64,000 nt of DNA from Adineta vaga (taxonomy: Eukaryota; Animalia; Rotifera). How positions within the stretch are numbered: position 1 is the first letter of the stretch; each line of letters begins with the position of its first letter. The notes under the pieces are model-generated. The model did not search any database. It worked only from the letters and a program-made list of their open reading frames with translations, and was not told the origin of the DNA. Location: positions 13,454,001 through 13,518,000 of the forward strand of contig CP075494.1 of assembly GCA_021613535.1 (NCBI GenBank), in the 5' to 3' direction. A program made the position numbers and the translations under genes. This document shows, piece by piece, positions 38,872 through 52,144 of this stretch.

Positions 38872-39183
38872 TGTCACTTTCTTTTTCTTCTAGTAGATCA
38901 AATAGTCGTATCAAGCTTATGCCTTGACTACTCTTCTTCTTCTTCTTCTCTCTCGTTCGTTTATTTCTATATACACATCAAAACACCTATATCTACGTCA
39001 AGCATGGCCTCTCTTCTTTCTGATTTCGATAAAGCAGACAGGTTTGAATAAGAGCGAAGGTTGTCTCTATTACTATTTCATGGTCAGATACAATAGATAT
39101 AGTTTATGATATATTCCCCTTTCTTTCTTTTTTTTTCTTATATGAATGTCTGCAAGTTTTTTTTTTCTTCTTCTTCTTCTTCT

Positions 39184-40086
39184 TCAAACAGAGGCCATAA
39201 TAGGTCGCATGTACCACGTGCGATCTGTTGCATTACGTTCAATAACAAGTGTATGAAGAAAACCGATGTTGCCGCATTGTTGTCCAAATACTTCAGCATT
39301 GAATGGTTGTCGAAAAGCCATATGTTGAAAGACTAATGGTGTTGCTGCATGACCAACAATAAGTACATTGGAACGTCGTCCTCGATTAAATCCACGACCC
39401 ATACCTGGTACTCCGCCTCCATGACGTCGTTCAATTGTCTGAAAAAATTGTTGACTTCGATTATAGAAATCATATTCTGTTTCTAGTGGATTCAAATAAT
39501 CATTAAGACGATGATAATGTCGATCGACATTGTAACCAGCTTGTAACCAATCACGTGATGACATAAATGGTGAAATTGTTTCTAACATTTGTAAAGGTTG
39601 ATTCCAACCCATCGGCTCGAATAGATAAGGTTCAAGACGAATTGGAATAGAAGATCGATTCATTCCTTCTAGGACACCATTTGCTGTAAGAACACTTCGA
39701 CATGCAGGTGAAGAATAACAATGATCAATTCCAATACCGTATCTAGCTAATTCTTGTCCTTTCATATACGATTTCTGTTCACCATTTCTTGTTATTGGTG
39801 GATCGAACACATAGAGTAAAGTATTTATACGATGTGGTAGTGATTGTGGTAAAATAGCATGTTGATAACTTTGTGGTGGTGCTGATGGTACACCACCAAA
39901 AACATGATCATACCAATTTTCACCTAAAGCTAAATCAACACGTTCTGCATGTCGAAGAATAATTAAACGAAGATCATAGGTTTGACCGGGGTTATTCGCA
40001 CGTTTATCATATCTTTTGTAAAATTTTTTCTTTCGATGATAATTTACATTATCATTAAGATATACAGGAGGTTTGATCACAAACAT
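39184..40086 (-). CDS. Second UBASH3/Sts-like histidine phosphatase (tandem paralog)
   Basis: IILRHAERVD, DPPITRNG, YSSPACRSVLT, IRLEPYLFE, VLIVGHA; intronless. Confidence 0.88.
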   Translation of the reverse strand: MFVIKPPVYLNDNVNYHRKKKFYKRYDKRANNPGQTYDLRLIILRHAERVDLALGENWYDHVFGGVPSAPPQSYQHAILPQSLPHRINTLLYVFDPPITRNGEQKSYMKGQELARYGIGIDHCYSSPACRSVLTANGVLEGMNRSSIPIRLEPYLFEPMGWNQPLQMLETISPFMSSRDWLQAGYNVDRHYHRLNDYLNPLETEYDFYNRSQQFFQTIERRHGGGVPGMGRGFNRGRRSNVLIVGHAATPLVFQHMAFRQPFNAEVFGQQCGNIGFLHTLVIERNATDRTWYMRPIMASV

Positions 40087-40867
40087 CAAAATATGTAAAT
40101 GTAACAGGTACACTCTTGTCTGAGAAGAAGCGGAGAAGAAGGAATGAAAAGAACAAGAAATAATAATCGAAGGTGAGCGATCATGCGTGCTAAACAAAAG
40201 AGGAGACGTCGGATAGGTATCATATTCATATGATCATCAAATAAATAACTTGTAATCATCTAAAATCATATGAAAAAAGTGACATCAAGGTTCATTAATC
40301 TTTTTAGCCTTGTATATCCATTTGATAAACATAGTTAAATATAATTTATCATGAAAAATTTCATTCTTTACCTCTCCATCATTCTTTTCTATCTATGCAT
40401 AATAATAAGAAAATGAAGAAGAAAAAAAAATAGCTCTTCAATGACAAATATATATTAATTGATTGGCTTACATATCGGTACGAGGACATCAATGTTGTTG
40501 TTATTATTATCATTCAAAGATATAAACAGCAACAACATCAAATGAAATGGCCTCATTAAACCGTCATAGAAAACTTAAGTATATAAATTATATTTTTCCA
40601 TTTAAACGACTATTTCATCAAGTTATATGGTAGATACGCCTTACACATCGTTACGTATATATATTCAACGAAAGTGTATTGAAATCAATAAAAGATTTTA
40701 TGACTCTATCATTGTTACGGAATGATCATCAATGAAATCAAATACAAGAGAAAAAGACGCGCTTCATCAATTTTTCTATCGTTTTCATCATGTTTTTTCT
40801 TCTTCTTCACAATATGATCTATTTAAATACAGAATAATCTAAATGTTTATGAATATTTGTTCTGAAT

Positions 40868-41854
40868 ATGGATGAATGTGAACCAAATAATTATTGTTCT
40901 GATATTGATGATTATCGTCCAATTCAATCGACTTTATTAACACGTTTTACTTTAGCTGATGATTGTTCAGATCTATGGCGAACAACAAATCAAGATTATG
41001 GAGCTTTCTATTATCAAAATATATCTCAATATTGTACTCCTGATAGTCTTAAAGCCAAAACTCATCGACGATTGAATCGTTTTCAAGATTGGATGTTATA
41101 TCAAACAAAATGTCAAAAACTTCTTTCACCAATAACACGAAATTTTTCCACGAATAATAATAATAATAATAACAATCAAACAATTCGTATAACACATCGA
41201 AAACGATTCGTACCGAGATGTGATAATGATCAGAATCGAAATACATTTTCACCATGTGGTGAAGATGGATTAGTAAATAAGTTCTTTTTTTTTTTGAGGA
41301 AGTTTTGCTTCCTGTCGATTCATATTCTAGATTACTGAACATATTGTCAAGAAAATTATGCATCAATTACAATGTTTGATCAATCCAAATGAATATCATG
41401 ATGTAGTACAATGTGCACAAATGCTTACAAGTGAAATTCTAAGTCAAGAAGTAACTTAATGAGAATCATTTGGTATTTATTTGTATTTCAATTAATTGAT
41501 TTAGCCATCTTTATGTGTCAATGCAATTATTGATCGAGTTATTACCATAATGATTACTCCTCCAAATACTATTCCTCAAACATGTACAAATCCTTGTCCT
41601 TCTCTGCAATCAATCAATGATAATAATCTTATGACAAAATCAATAAAAATCAATAATGATGAACTACCATTATCTACTTCTGTCACTATATCCAAACCAT
41701 TTATCGAATACAATCAATCTCTACCTATATCTAATGTCTTCAATAAATTAACTGATCTTGAAGTAAATTTATATATATTTAACTATTTGATTAATTTTAT
41801 CTGTTCAATTAGGATGCCATTTCAAAAATTTCCCATCAGTTTGTTAAAGCATAA
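40868..41854 (+). CDS. Uncharacterised protein, 4 exons; WRTTNQDYG motif reminiscent of ciliary microtubule inner proteins (PIERCE-like)
   Basis: Three phase-0 introns join ORF 40868, a ~41331-41451 exon, ORF 41550 and a last exon DAISKISHQFVKA*. The family guess rests on one short motif. Confidence 0.55.
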
Positions 41855-41951
41855 ATTCGCGCAAGTTTATTGTGTAGAAGTGGCATGATACAACATGAAA
41901 TATAGAGGAGATTTTTAATTGTCTTTTTTTTATAGATAGTTTGATTGCAGT

Positions 41952-44851
41952 TTAATGACCACTGAATGGACAACCACCACCACCACCTGGTTTTGATGTA
42001 TTATTAATTGTCGTTGATAATCGATGTGATGGACTTGAATGATGATGAGAATGACGATCCTCTGCAGGACTTCTTGTATGATGATGTCCAGATACAGAAT
42101 GACGTTCTTCATTGAGAAGAAATGGATCTAATTCAATGGCAGCTGTATAAGTGGATTTTGGACCAACTAACCAATATGTTTCAATAATACCTCGACCCTA
42201 TTATTTTCATTTGAATAAACAAAATTTATTCTTTTGATTAACAATTTTTACTTTTAATTCTGTTGGACCTTTATTTTGAACTTCAAAGTAAGGTGATCCT
42301 TTGAGAAGTAGATAGGCTGTGTCACTGATATGAATTCGTCCCGGCTAAAAAAGATCAAAATAATCATGGTCAAATCATATTCTAAGAAAAATCTATTTCA
42401 TAATTACTTCACCAGTTGTTGTGATTCGACTAGCCTGAAATATCATAGAACTTTTTTTTTCTCATTATTTATCAACACATGAAAAGGAAATAACTCGAGA
42501 TCAAATTATTCTCACTTGAATAACATCACGAGGAAATCCTGTTCGAAATCATTTTTACCGTATTGACAGTATCACCAAATAGACAATACTGAACATTTTT
42601 TGCTCCAACAATACCACCGACAGCTGGACCCGAATGAAAACCTATTCAATATGTGATGAGATAGTCGATGAATAAATAAAAATTTCGAATTTGTTTTTTC
42701 TACCAATTTTGATTCGAAATGACTGTTGGGTCATAGGATTGATAACACTTTTTGCACTTGAAAGCATTTCTATTGCAAGACCAGCAATAAGCTCAGCTTG
42801 ATTAAGTCCCAATGGATTTTTCAAGTCACTATTGAGTTCATCTGAAAATGCCACACTATTTACTGATGATCCGCTCTATGAGTTCAAAACAAACAATAAA
42901 TCAGACATTTTTCTAGGAGAAAACTGTACCGCCGTTGATGGACGCCGTTGATTTGTCGAACCTCGATCTTGTATACCAGATACGACCATATAAGATGAGT
43001 CTGCTTTAGTTTCAACTTTGAATACATCAAAATGTTCCGAACAAGTATCAAATGCATTAACAATTGCATTGATTGATTCTACAATTTGTTGTGGTGCTAA
43101 TTTTTGAACAACATCTTTAAAATCAATTGAATATGCAAATAGAACTGTTATTAATTTATGTGACTAAAATAATCAAATTTGAATCTTTATTCTTCAATTA
43201 TTTTTCTTGTTACTTACTTCACAAATTGAATTCGCTAGAACACCTTCTTGTAACATTTGTGCAATATGTCTTGGCATAATATTATAAAGAAGACGTTTGC
43301 CTTTACGACGCCATTCATTTAATTCATGTTTTGAACCTTGTAATTTTGTTATCCATGCTTGTTGTTTATCAATAGCTGCTTGCAGTGTTCGAGCATGTTG
43401 CATACCAGCAATGAGAATTTCACTACTACCATCATAGAAATTAATATCATGTAAAAATAAACCAACAGAAAGCATTTCTTCTGCTGTTGTTAATCTAAAT
43501 TATGCAAAGCAAAAACTGACAATCAATTTCAAGATTAGATTTATTAGAAATGAAATCTACTCAGGATGACAAAGAAAAGCGATCATATTCCAAGCTGTTA
43601 TTAATTTCATTTGACCTTTAAGTCGAAGATGAGCCTGACCAGATGCTTCCGATTGTTTTGCAGTTATCAATAAATTCGTTTGTAATGCAATACGACTTTC
43701 AATAACAAAAACGATATGACGACCATAAGAAAGAACCTGAGAAAAAACTCAATAGTTTGTTTTCTTTCAAAGATTTCAAAATTAACAAACTCGATTCCAT
43801 TCAAGTAAGATATCAGGTCGCAATAGACGAAAGATATCATCAAGATGTCGACCAATTATTTGAGTATTTGGTGGGAAAACTTTTTTTACTGATTGTCCAG
43901 CATGATATATACGCATTTGAGGATCAATAAGAAGAGCAAATGGAAAAACCTGAATTGAAAAAACATCAAAACATTGATGAAGTCTGATTTCTTTTCTAGA
44001 TCTTTTGTTATTTATTCATCTAATCAAACTTACTTTGAAAAATGTTGCACTTGTAACATCAGGTAATGTTGGATTTTGAATAAAACGTTTTCCAATTGTT
44101 TTCAATTTATAATTATGAAAATCAACACGAAAAACAATATGTGTATCTAATAGAAGAAAAACAAAATTTTGTATTCTATTTTCATCTAACTATCAAGTTT
44201 TCTTACACTCATTGGATGAAACATCATCTTGAATACGAACCGATATATCTTCTTTGAAAAACCTTGTACCACATTCTTTTAATTGACCTATAATATATCG
44301 TTGGAAGCCTCGACGTTTTGATCTAAATTTTCGAAATAAATTCTAATAGATACTATGAAGATATTTGTTTACTTATAATGTAAAACAGCGCCATTTTCAT
44401 CTTCATCTGTGACGTGAAATAATGGTGATTGCATTTTTGGAAAACTAAATCGATTTGAATCATGAAGTTGATCAATTGATAAAAGAAAATCACGAAAATG
44501 ACGACCAGCGACACGTAAAATTTTATCATAACCATAGTTTGTAAAAAATTTCACAAAACATTCACCAAAAAATTGCATGTATATTTCTGGGGCACCTTCA
44601 TGCAAGATTTCTGCAAGACCTAGAACAAAGAAGAAGAAAAAAACACGAAACTTTTCATGAAAAGATTAATTCGTTCGATTGTATATTTTACATTCAGCAA
44701 CTCGTTCAATAATATTAGCTTCATAACGACCAAGTATAGCGAATGATTCATGTTCAAAATTCAAATCTTGAACAATACGTTTCCATGTCGCTGTTCCATA
44801 TGTTTCACAAACGCCATCACGACAGCTCTCAAGTAAAATTCCATAGATCAT
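41952..44851 (-). CDS. Atypical soluble guanylyl cyclase subunit (H-NOX + PAS/coiled coil + cyclase), Gyc-89D/GCY-33-like
   Basis: [129 protein letters not shown]. Confidence 0.92.
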
Positions 44852-45279
44852 TGTTGATTTTTCAATTCTTCATTCTATTTTCAAGCTTTTCTCATCTTTA
44901 TATACCAACGTAAGCATGCAATAATTGTGCATATATGCTTGAAAAAGCATCTATATATTTCCTCCTATTATTACTTTAGATTTTCTATTTTATTAAAAAA
45001 TCATTTTCCACTCGTGTTAATCCATCAATTTAAATATAGTGCAAAAAAGACGGAATGAAAATATTCGATGAAATACTTGTCAAGTTTAATATTCAAAAAA
45101 TTACATGTCATGTGAATATGAATGTAAGAGATAGAACGATTTTATTTGTATATTATAGAAAATGAAGACCAATATGAATATCTATGAATGAATAAGAATA
45201 AAAAGAAAAAGAAAAAGGGAATTTAGTTTGTTTTTTCGAGGTTTTTGATCGACTATTCATGTTTTTGTATGATACCATT

Positions 45280-46451
45280 TTAAATAAAGTGCCATTCGAC
45301 ATTAGTATGTCCATTACCAAGTTCGCCGGCAACAGCAATGAAAGCATCTTGTGTTAATGCAACATCACCTATATTGAAGGAAAAAAAGTTTAATCAATCA
45401 ATGATAGTTCTTCGTCTTTTCTTACCTTCTTTACAATCGAAACATCGATCAACGAAACGAACTGTAATTTCACCTTTTGAACCTTTTACTATGGCTTTCT
45501 TCTGACAAATTGGATTGTTGCTTGGAATACCATTGATAGTGTATGGATCGAATTGAATTGAATTAAGAGCAGCAACATAAACGACTTCATTATCTTCATT
45601 TAATGATCGACCTCGTTCAATACCGCATGTTGAATATTGTGAACTAACTTTAGTTTCATTATAATATGTTGCTTCACCTGTAAATTCACCTTGAAGTGAA
45701 GCGGCTTGACTTTCACTTGATGATCGTTTGAATGCACAATATACGTTCACTGTTCCACAACTAAAATAAACACAATCATGTAATTATGAAATAAAATTAA
45801 ACTGAATTCTATCTACATACTATCCATATGGTGTACAGCAAAGACCAGAACCACATGAAGTAGCACCACAATTACCATAAGAAGTTACACCACAATGAGC
45901 AGCTGAATTTCCGCAACTATGTATAAAATAATCAAACATGTATATATTCAGAGTCAGTCATGAAACTTACTATCCATATTGTGAACAACATGAACCAGCG
46001 GGACAACCAGTAAGACGACATTGACCTGCTGCTGGTGCAGGTGCAACAACAACAACAGGAGTACCACAATAATCAGCACTATTTCCACAACTATTCATAT
46101 ATATATATATATATATATACTAGAACATATTTTCTCTGATCAAAGACACTCACTAGCCATAAGGTGAACAACAATAGCCAGCTCCACATCCTAAAACACG
46201 ACAATCACCGCCAACATAGGGTGTACCTGACCATCCTGGATAAACAGCAGCTGTTGAACTACAATATTGTACACCAGCTCCACAAGAACCATATGCTGAA
46301 CAACAAAGACCTGAACCACAACCACCACTTACCAAACAATTACTTGCTAGAAAAGAATTATTTTAGATGAATATATATATATATATATATACGTACCAAC
46401 ACTATTGACAAATGAAAGTAGAACAAGACCAACACAAGCAATGGCAACCAT
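45280..46451 (-). CDS. Secreted protein: 4 hevein (CBM18) chitin-binding domains + RlpA-like/expansin-like double-psi beta-barrel, 6 exons
   Basis: Signal MVAIACVGLVLLSFVNSVA; CCSAYGSCG, CCSPYGYCG, CCSQYGYCG, CCTPYGYCG; then FTGEATYY..TCG..VAALN..F..SNNPIC..ITVRFVDRCFDCKEGDVAL..AF..VEWHFI*. Confidence 0.88.
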
Positions 46452-47423
46452 GATGATGTCGATGTGAATATGTGATTTCGATGTATTGAGTTTGAATGTA
46501 AAATTCAGATGATACTTATTGATACGAAGATGATGGGCTTTTACTCTTATCGTACGCTTAAATAAATCTCTAATCCATAAATAAATATTCGTGCATTGAA
46601 TTATATATAACAAGGGAAAAAAACCAATGGCCTTGACGTCTACTTATTCAGTGACATTTTAGATACTTGAATATACGACTTTAGAAGGTTGGTATCTTTT
46701 GGTTTATGCTTAATACAAGTTCAAACCTGACTTTTTTCTTATTCAAATTCAAATAGTTATCTTTCGATCAAACACAACAAAAAAACCACAAGACGTAGGC
46801 AGACGAGATAAAACATTGCGCTTAATCCAAGTTATTCAAAAGAATAAGCGGGATTTTCATTTTAAATAATAGACTATTATATTTATTTAGATTAATTTAC
46901 AGAAGTTCACTAGGTTGTAATCAATTATCAATCAAACGATATTTTTGTTATTTTTCTACGAACGTTTGATAACGAAAATATTTTTCACTAAGGTTAGAAT
47001 ATACTGTTCTTTTACCTTGAATTTTAATCTCATCAATAACAATCGGATTCATAGAAAATTTCATATGAATTCATGATTGATTATTCGTTTTCTTAATTTT
47101 TAAACAAAGATTCAATAAAAAGAATTATTACACAAGTCAATGAATCGAATAGAGCGAGAATGATCGATTTAAAACACATGTATAAAACATTCTACAAATC
47201 TTTTGTTGCTCTTCTGCGGCATCTTTTGTTTATTTATCGATTGATATTTTTTTCTTCATTGTTGCACTGCAACACAAATCAAAGTAGCGACGCAAATGGC
47301 AGCACTGAAATTCTTTCTTTTTCTCGTTCTGTTTCGATTGTCATTTAACAATACAGAGTATGATTTACTTGTGTACAAAATGTAAATCGAACAAACTCTA
47401 AAGTACATAAATCAAATCTGAAA

Positions 47424-49784
47424 ATGAACGAACAATTTTTACAAGAACCAACATTGACTTTTCTTGAATCATATCAAAATCATTTACATATTTCATCTGC
47501 ATCGGAGATATTTGTGTTATCATTATCGAAATTAAAATTCAGTTCAATTGGCGATATTGGACAATTTAGTTATATAAAAATATGTGATTTAAGTTCGAAT
47601 TTTATTCAATCAATTGATAATCTTCTTCTCCATTGTCGACAATTGATTAAACTTGATTTACATTCGAATCGAGTGAGAATAACTTGATTAAAAAGTCTTT
47701 TTTTTATCAATATTGTCTTCTTCTTGTTTGTTTTTAGATTAGTAAACTACCTGATGAAGAACTTTGGACAGAAATGAAACAACTAAAAATTCTTTATCTA
47801 CATGATAATCTTTTATCATCATATGATGATATCAAACATCTTTCTTATGCACCTACTCTAGAAATTTTAACTCTTTATGATTCACCGTTGAGTTTAAAGA
47901 AAAATTATCGACATCATGTTGTTAATAGTATTTGGACATTGAAAGTAAAATTAATAACAATTCTGTTATCCTTCAGAGGAGATTTTGGTCTTTTTCATCG
48001 ATTAATATAGGCTTTAGATTCACATGTGGTTGCGGATGATGAAATTATTGAAAAAACTCATTTTCGTGAACCATTTACTGCATGTACAAATGCATTCAAA
48101 CTAAATGTTTACATTCCAACTACTAAGGTAGACAAATCGATCTAAAAAAGTCAATGTCATTCGTAGCTCTCTCTCTCTCTTCTCCGTATAGAATTCAACT
48201 CTGAAAACAGAATGGCAATTGATCAATCAACTCTATAAACAAATTAATCAAATTCAATCACATTGTTGTCCAGTACTTATTCTACAAAAAAACGTTCGAA
48301 TGTGGCTTGTGCATATACGATTGAAAAAGATGATTGCTTCTAAACAGAAGTAAAATTATAACATACATGTCGAAAATATACTTCAAACATTGTTTTGTTT
48401 AGAGTTATTCCTGAATTTCTTCGACGAAGAATTCTTTCACCATTAACTGCTTCATCAGGTAGATTTTCAATGTTTCCGAAACAATCTCGAGTATCAATGA
48501 TAACTGAACCAGTATCTCAAATTGAAGTTTGTTTTAACAATCTTTCGAAAAACAAAATCATTTAACTTCGATTTTTTTCTTCAGGCAAATAAACCTGCTG
48601 AACTATCTCAAAATAAACGTCATATTCGAATTCAAATGGATCAGATAATGAACATTCGAACTGATAAAATCAAAAGTGCAAAACATCTATCAACGAAAAA
48701 AGATTCATCAAAATCTGGTGTTGTTGATGATGATGATGATGATGATAAAACAACGTCAATTCTTCGTGGTAAAAAATCTCAAATTGTTGTTCATGAACCA
48801 ATCGAAGATCTTAACGATGAAATACGTGCAGCAAGACAATACGTTCAAAATATAAAAGATGAATCACATCTAAAACAACGTAAACGTCTTGACGAAATAA
48901 AAGAAAACAATACAGCAAATCGACAACCAATTAAATATCAAACAGCAGACGATCGACTCTTACGAACAATACATGGAAGTATGGCATTAGGATGTTTAGT
49001 AGCAATTGATAAAGCTTATACTGATCGAGCAAAGATTGAACGACGAAAATATCTTGTACAAGATGTTGAACAAATCAAACAAGATCATAATTTAAATAAT
49101 GCTTATATACAAGTAATATTGACGAAATCTGATTGTTTATTCACTTTTTGGTTGTCTTTCTAGCATATAAACGATGAACGTCTTACTGGAATCTATCGTG
49201 TGAAAGATCAAGATCGTAAGAAACAAGTTTATAATCGTCATCGTCTTGAACATACTCAAAATGAATTACATGATACTGTTCAAGAGCATCGTCTTCAACT
49301 TCTTGAACAACAAGAAAAACGTCGAGCACAAATTGCATTTTCTCAAACTTTCAATTCTCAACATATATCTATTTCGAATGCATTAAAACATCATGAAACT
49401 ACTGTACGAAATCAACGGCACGCACGACAAGCTCGTGAATCTGTTGCAAACAAGAAACAGAACACAGAAGAACAAGGACGATTAATTGAAAAATATTTAA
49501 CTCAACGTAAACATGCTCGACGTGCTCTATCCAATATTGAACGTAAACATTTGGATTTTCAAACAATGCGAGATGCAAGTGACCGTCTTTTACAAGCCCA
49601 ACAACGTGTTGCACATATACGTGCAAGAGATTCAAATATTCGACAATTTGGTATTATGAAAATGACACCACACACAGATGATACACGACCAAACGTACAG
49701 AGTTTAGCCGAATCGATGGCTGAACGTGGATCTCTCTTCGATACTATTACTGATCATATGGCTACTCAACAAACAGTTCAATAG
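47424..49784 (+). CDS. LRRIQ3: Leucine-rich repeat and IQ domain-containing protein 3-like
   Basis: LRRs (ICDLSSNFI, KLDLHSNR, ILYLHDNLL), LRR cap YRHHVVNSIWTLKALDSHVVADDEIIE, IQ-like ILQKNVRMWL, and a long C-terminal coiled coil. Confidence 0.85.
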
Positions 49785-52144
49785 ATAGTTGATATATTAT
49801 ACATAAAAAGTTTTCCATTCATGTTTTTCCTATTTTTTTATGCACAAAAAAAGCCTAATAAAACGATGCTTATTTTCAGCAATAAATGCATGAAAGATGC
49901 CTCCTCTTCTTCTTTTTTTTCTTTATATTATAAGAAACGAGAAAATAAGCGATAATTGAATCTGTTTTCTTCTATCTTCCCAAGAAATCTCTTTCTGTTC
50001 GGATTGATTGATATGTCATATCTTCGTTCCAATATATAATTTCTCAAGAGAATTAACTACTAAAAATAAAGAATCTATTATTGATGAAGAGGATTGTTTA
50101 TTGACAGAATATACTATTGATAACTTTGATCATCATCACATCTGTCTTTGTCATGCTAGATGTCTGAATGAAGAAGAACTTTCGCTGTTAATTCAATCTC
50201 AAAGACGATAAGAACATATTTACATATCGAGATATATATGTATATATATTTCTTTGACGATTATGATCATCGAAACCCGACTGACATTAGATCTACAAGT
50301 AACAACATTACAATTGCTGTCAATTTTTTCCAACCAAGTCAATGACAAAGACATGTATGTATAAAATTCGAAAGGTTCAGATTACTTAATCTTGAATGTC
50401 AATATAAAAATCTTTTTCATTCATCAAATCTTTCGTCTTGATATAATGAAGAAAGAAAGAAGGAAAGAAAGAGAAGAAAAAAAAATACTCAAATTCAATC
50501 AAGCTTTATTTCGATTGTATTGAATTTTTCTTTTGATCTATTAACAGAGCAAAAACAATCTATAATATATTTAATCTTCAAAGTGCTTGCATTCATTGAT
50601 GCTAAGTGTGCATTCTCTTTGTTTTCCACGATGAAAGAAAAGGAAAAAAAATATTGAATTGATATAATGAAAGTCAGATTTCATTTGTTGGTGTGTTTAT
50701 AGTGCGACTCTGACCTCATTGTTGTTGTTGTTGTAGTTTTTCTTCGTAATTCTTATCTTCTCAATTTCCTTAACAGAAGTTAGAAGTATCGTATTTTAAG
50801 TCTCATTTTTATATCTATTTCGTTTTGTTTTCGACATAGTTATGCAAGTTGGTAATAATATGAAGAAATTCTTCTGAATGGATTGAGAAGACCGATTAGT
50901 GCGTGATTATCACGCAGGTATTGCATGTATAAAAGCAAGAAAGAAAATGACACATATTTTGTTCGTTATTTCTAACTTATTGGATTCTTTTCTTTAACAT
51001 ATATTTTTCTTTTCTCTAATTCTCTCCTAAAAATACAAATACATGTAACGATTTTCTTTCTTTCTTTCTTTTTCTTCTATACAAAAAACATAATGAAAAT
51101 AATAACAACAACATCTCAGACAAAAACATTTCTCTGCAAATATAAGAAGATCATGCTCATTTTTTTTCTTCTCTTCAATTCACTTTATACCTCATTTCCT
51201 TCTCTATTCGATTCATCAAACAACACACATGCACAGTTTTTCTTTCTCTTCGTTCTCTTCGAGTGACAATAACAACAACAGAAAACTAGAGTCGCATGCG
51301 TTCAGTATAGAAAACGAAGAATTATTTTTGTCGTCATCGTTTCCATCGTTTATGTATCTAAGTAATGGGTGTGCACTACATTTTGAAAGGCTGATGATGA
51401 TGATGATGATGTTGATGATGATTGAAATAAAGAAAGGAGAGAAGAGACGAGAGAAAAAAGAGTTTTGTTATGTATATATAAAGGACATTTATAAACAAAT
51501 AATGTATTTCAGTGCAAAGAGTTGATTCTTTAAGACATGGAATTGGAATCTTGTATATCCTCATCGAATTGATTTGAAAGAGAAAGAAAAGAGTAAGTTA
51601 TTTATTAATTATCAACGGGAAATAGCCTATTAATATTTAATAAAAGTAATAAAAAAGAAAAATGAGAAAGAGATTTTTCTTTTCTATTTCATTCTTCTAA
51701 TCAATAAAGAAAAACGTGATTGAAAAGATTTTTTCTTCCTTCCTCTGAACTCTTACCTATTCTCTCGTACTCACACTTTCAATATTATTTTATCTCAACA
51801 AATTTCATATTTCAAAGGTTTCAGTACATATATTTGCATATATCGAAATAATAAGAATTCTCAATAGATATACGAAAGAAAAACATACTCGAATTTCTCA
51901 ATGAAAGTATTCATTGATATTTCGTTCACTTTCACAAAATCTGCAAGCGATAAACCACTTAAGATTTGACATATCCGATACATTTTGCGTGACAGAAATT
52001 TCGCTTTTACTTAAGAAACTCAAATGTCACTAGCTGTCATATTCTTCTGACGTCTTTCCTTTTGTGATTGTTCATGATTTTTCTTCTTCATTCCTATACT
52101 CTGTTATTTTTAGTGTTGTTCAATTCATTTATCGAAATTTTCAC

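Noticed and set aside
50008-51564. Short ORFs upstream of PRKX, and similar 60-90 aa ORFs elsewhere
   Set aside because: Low-complexity or microsatellite-derived, or antisense to real exons, with no motifs or coherent splice structure.
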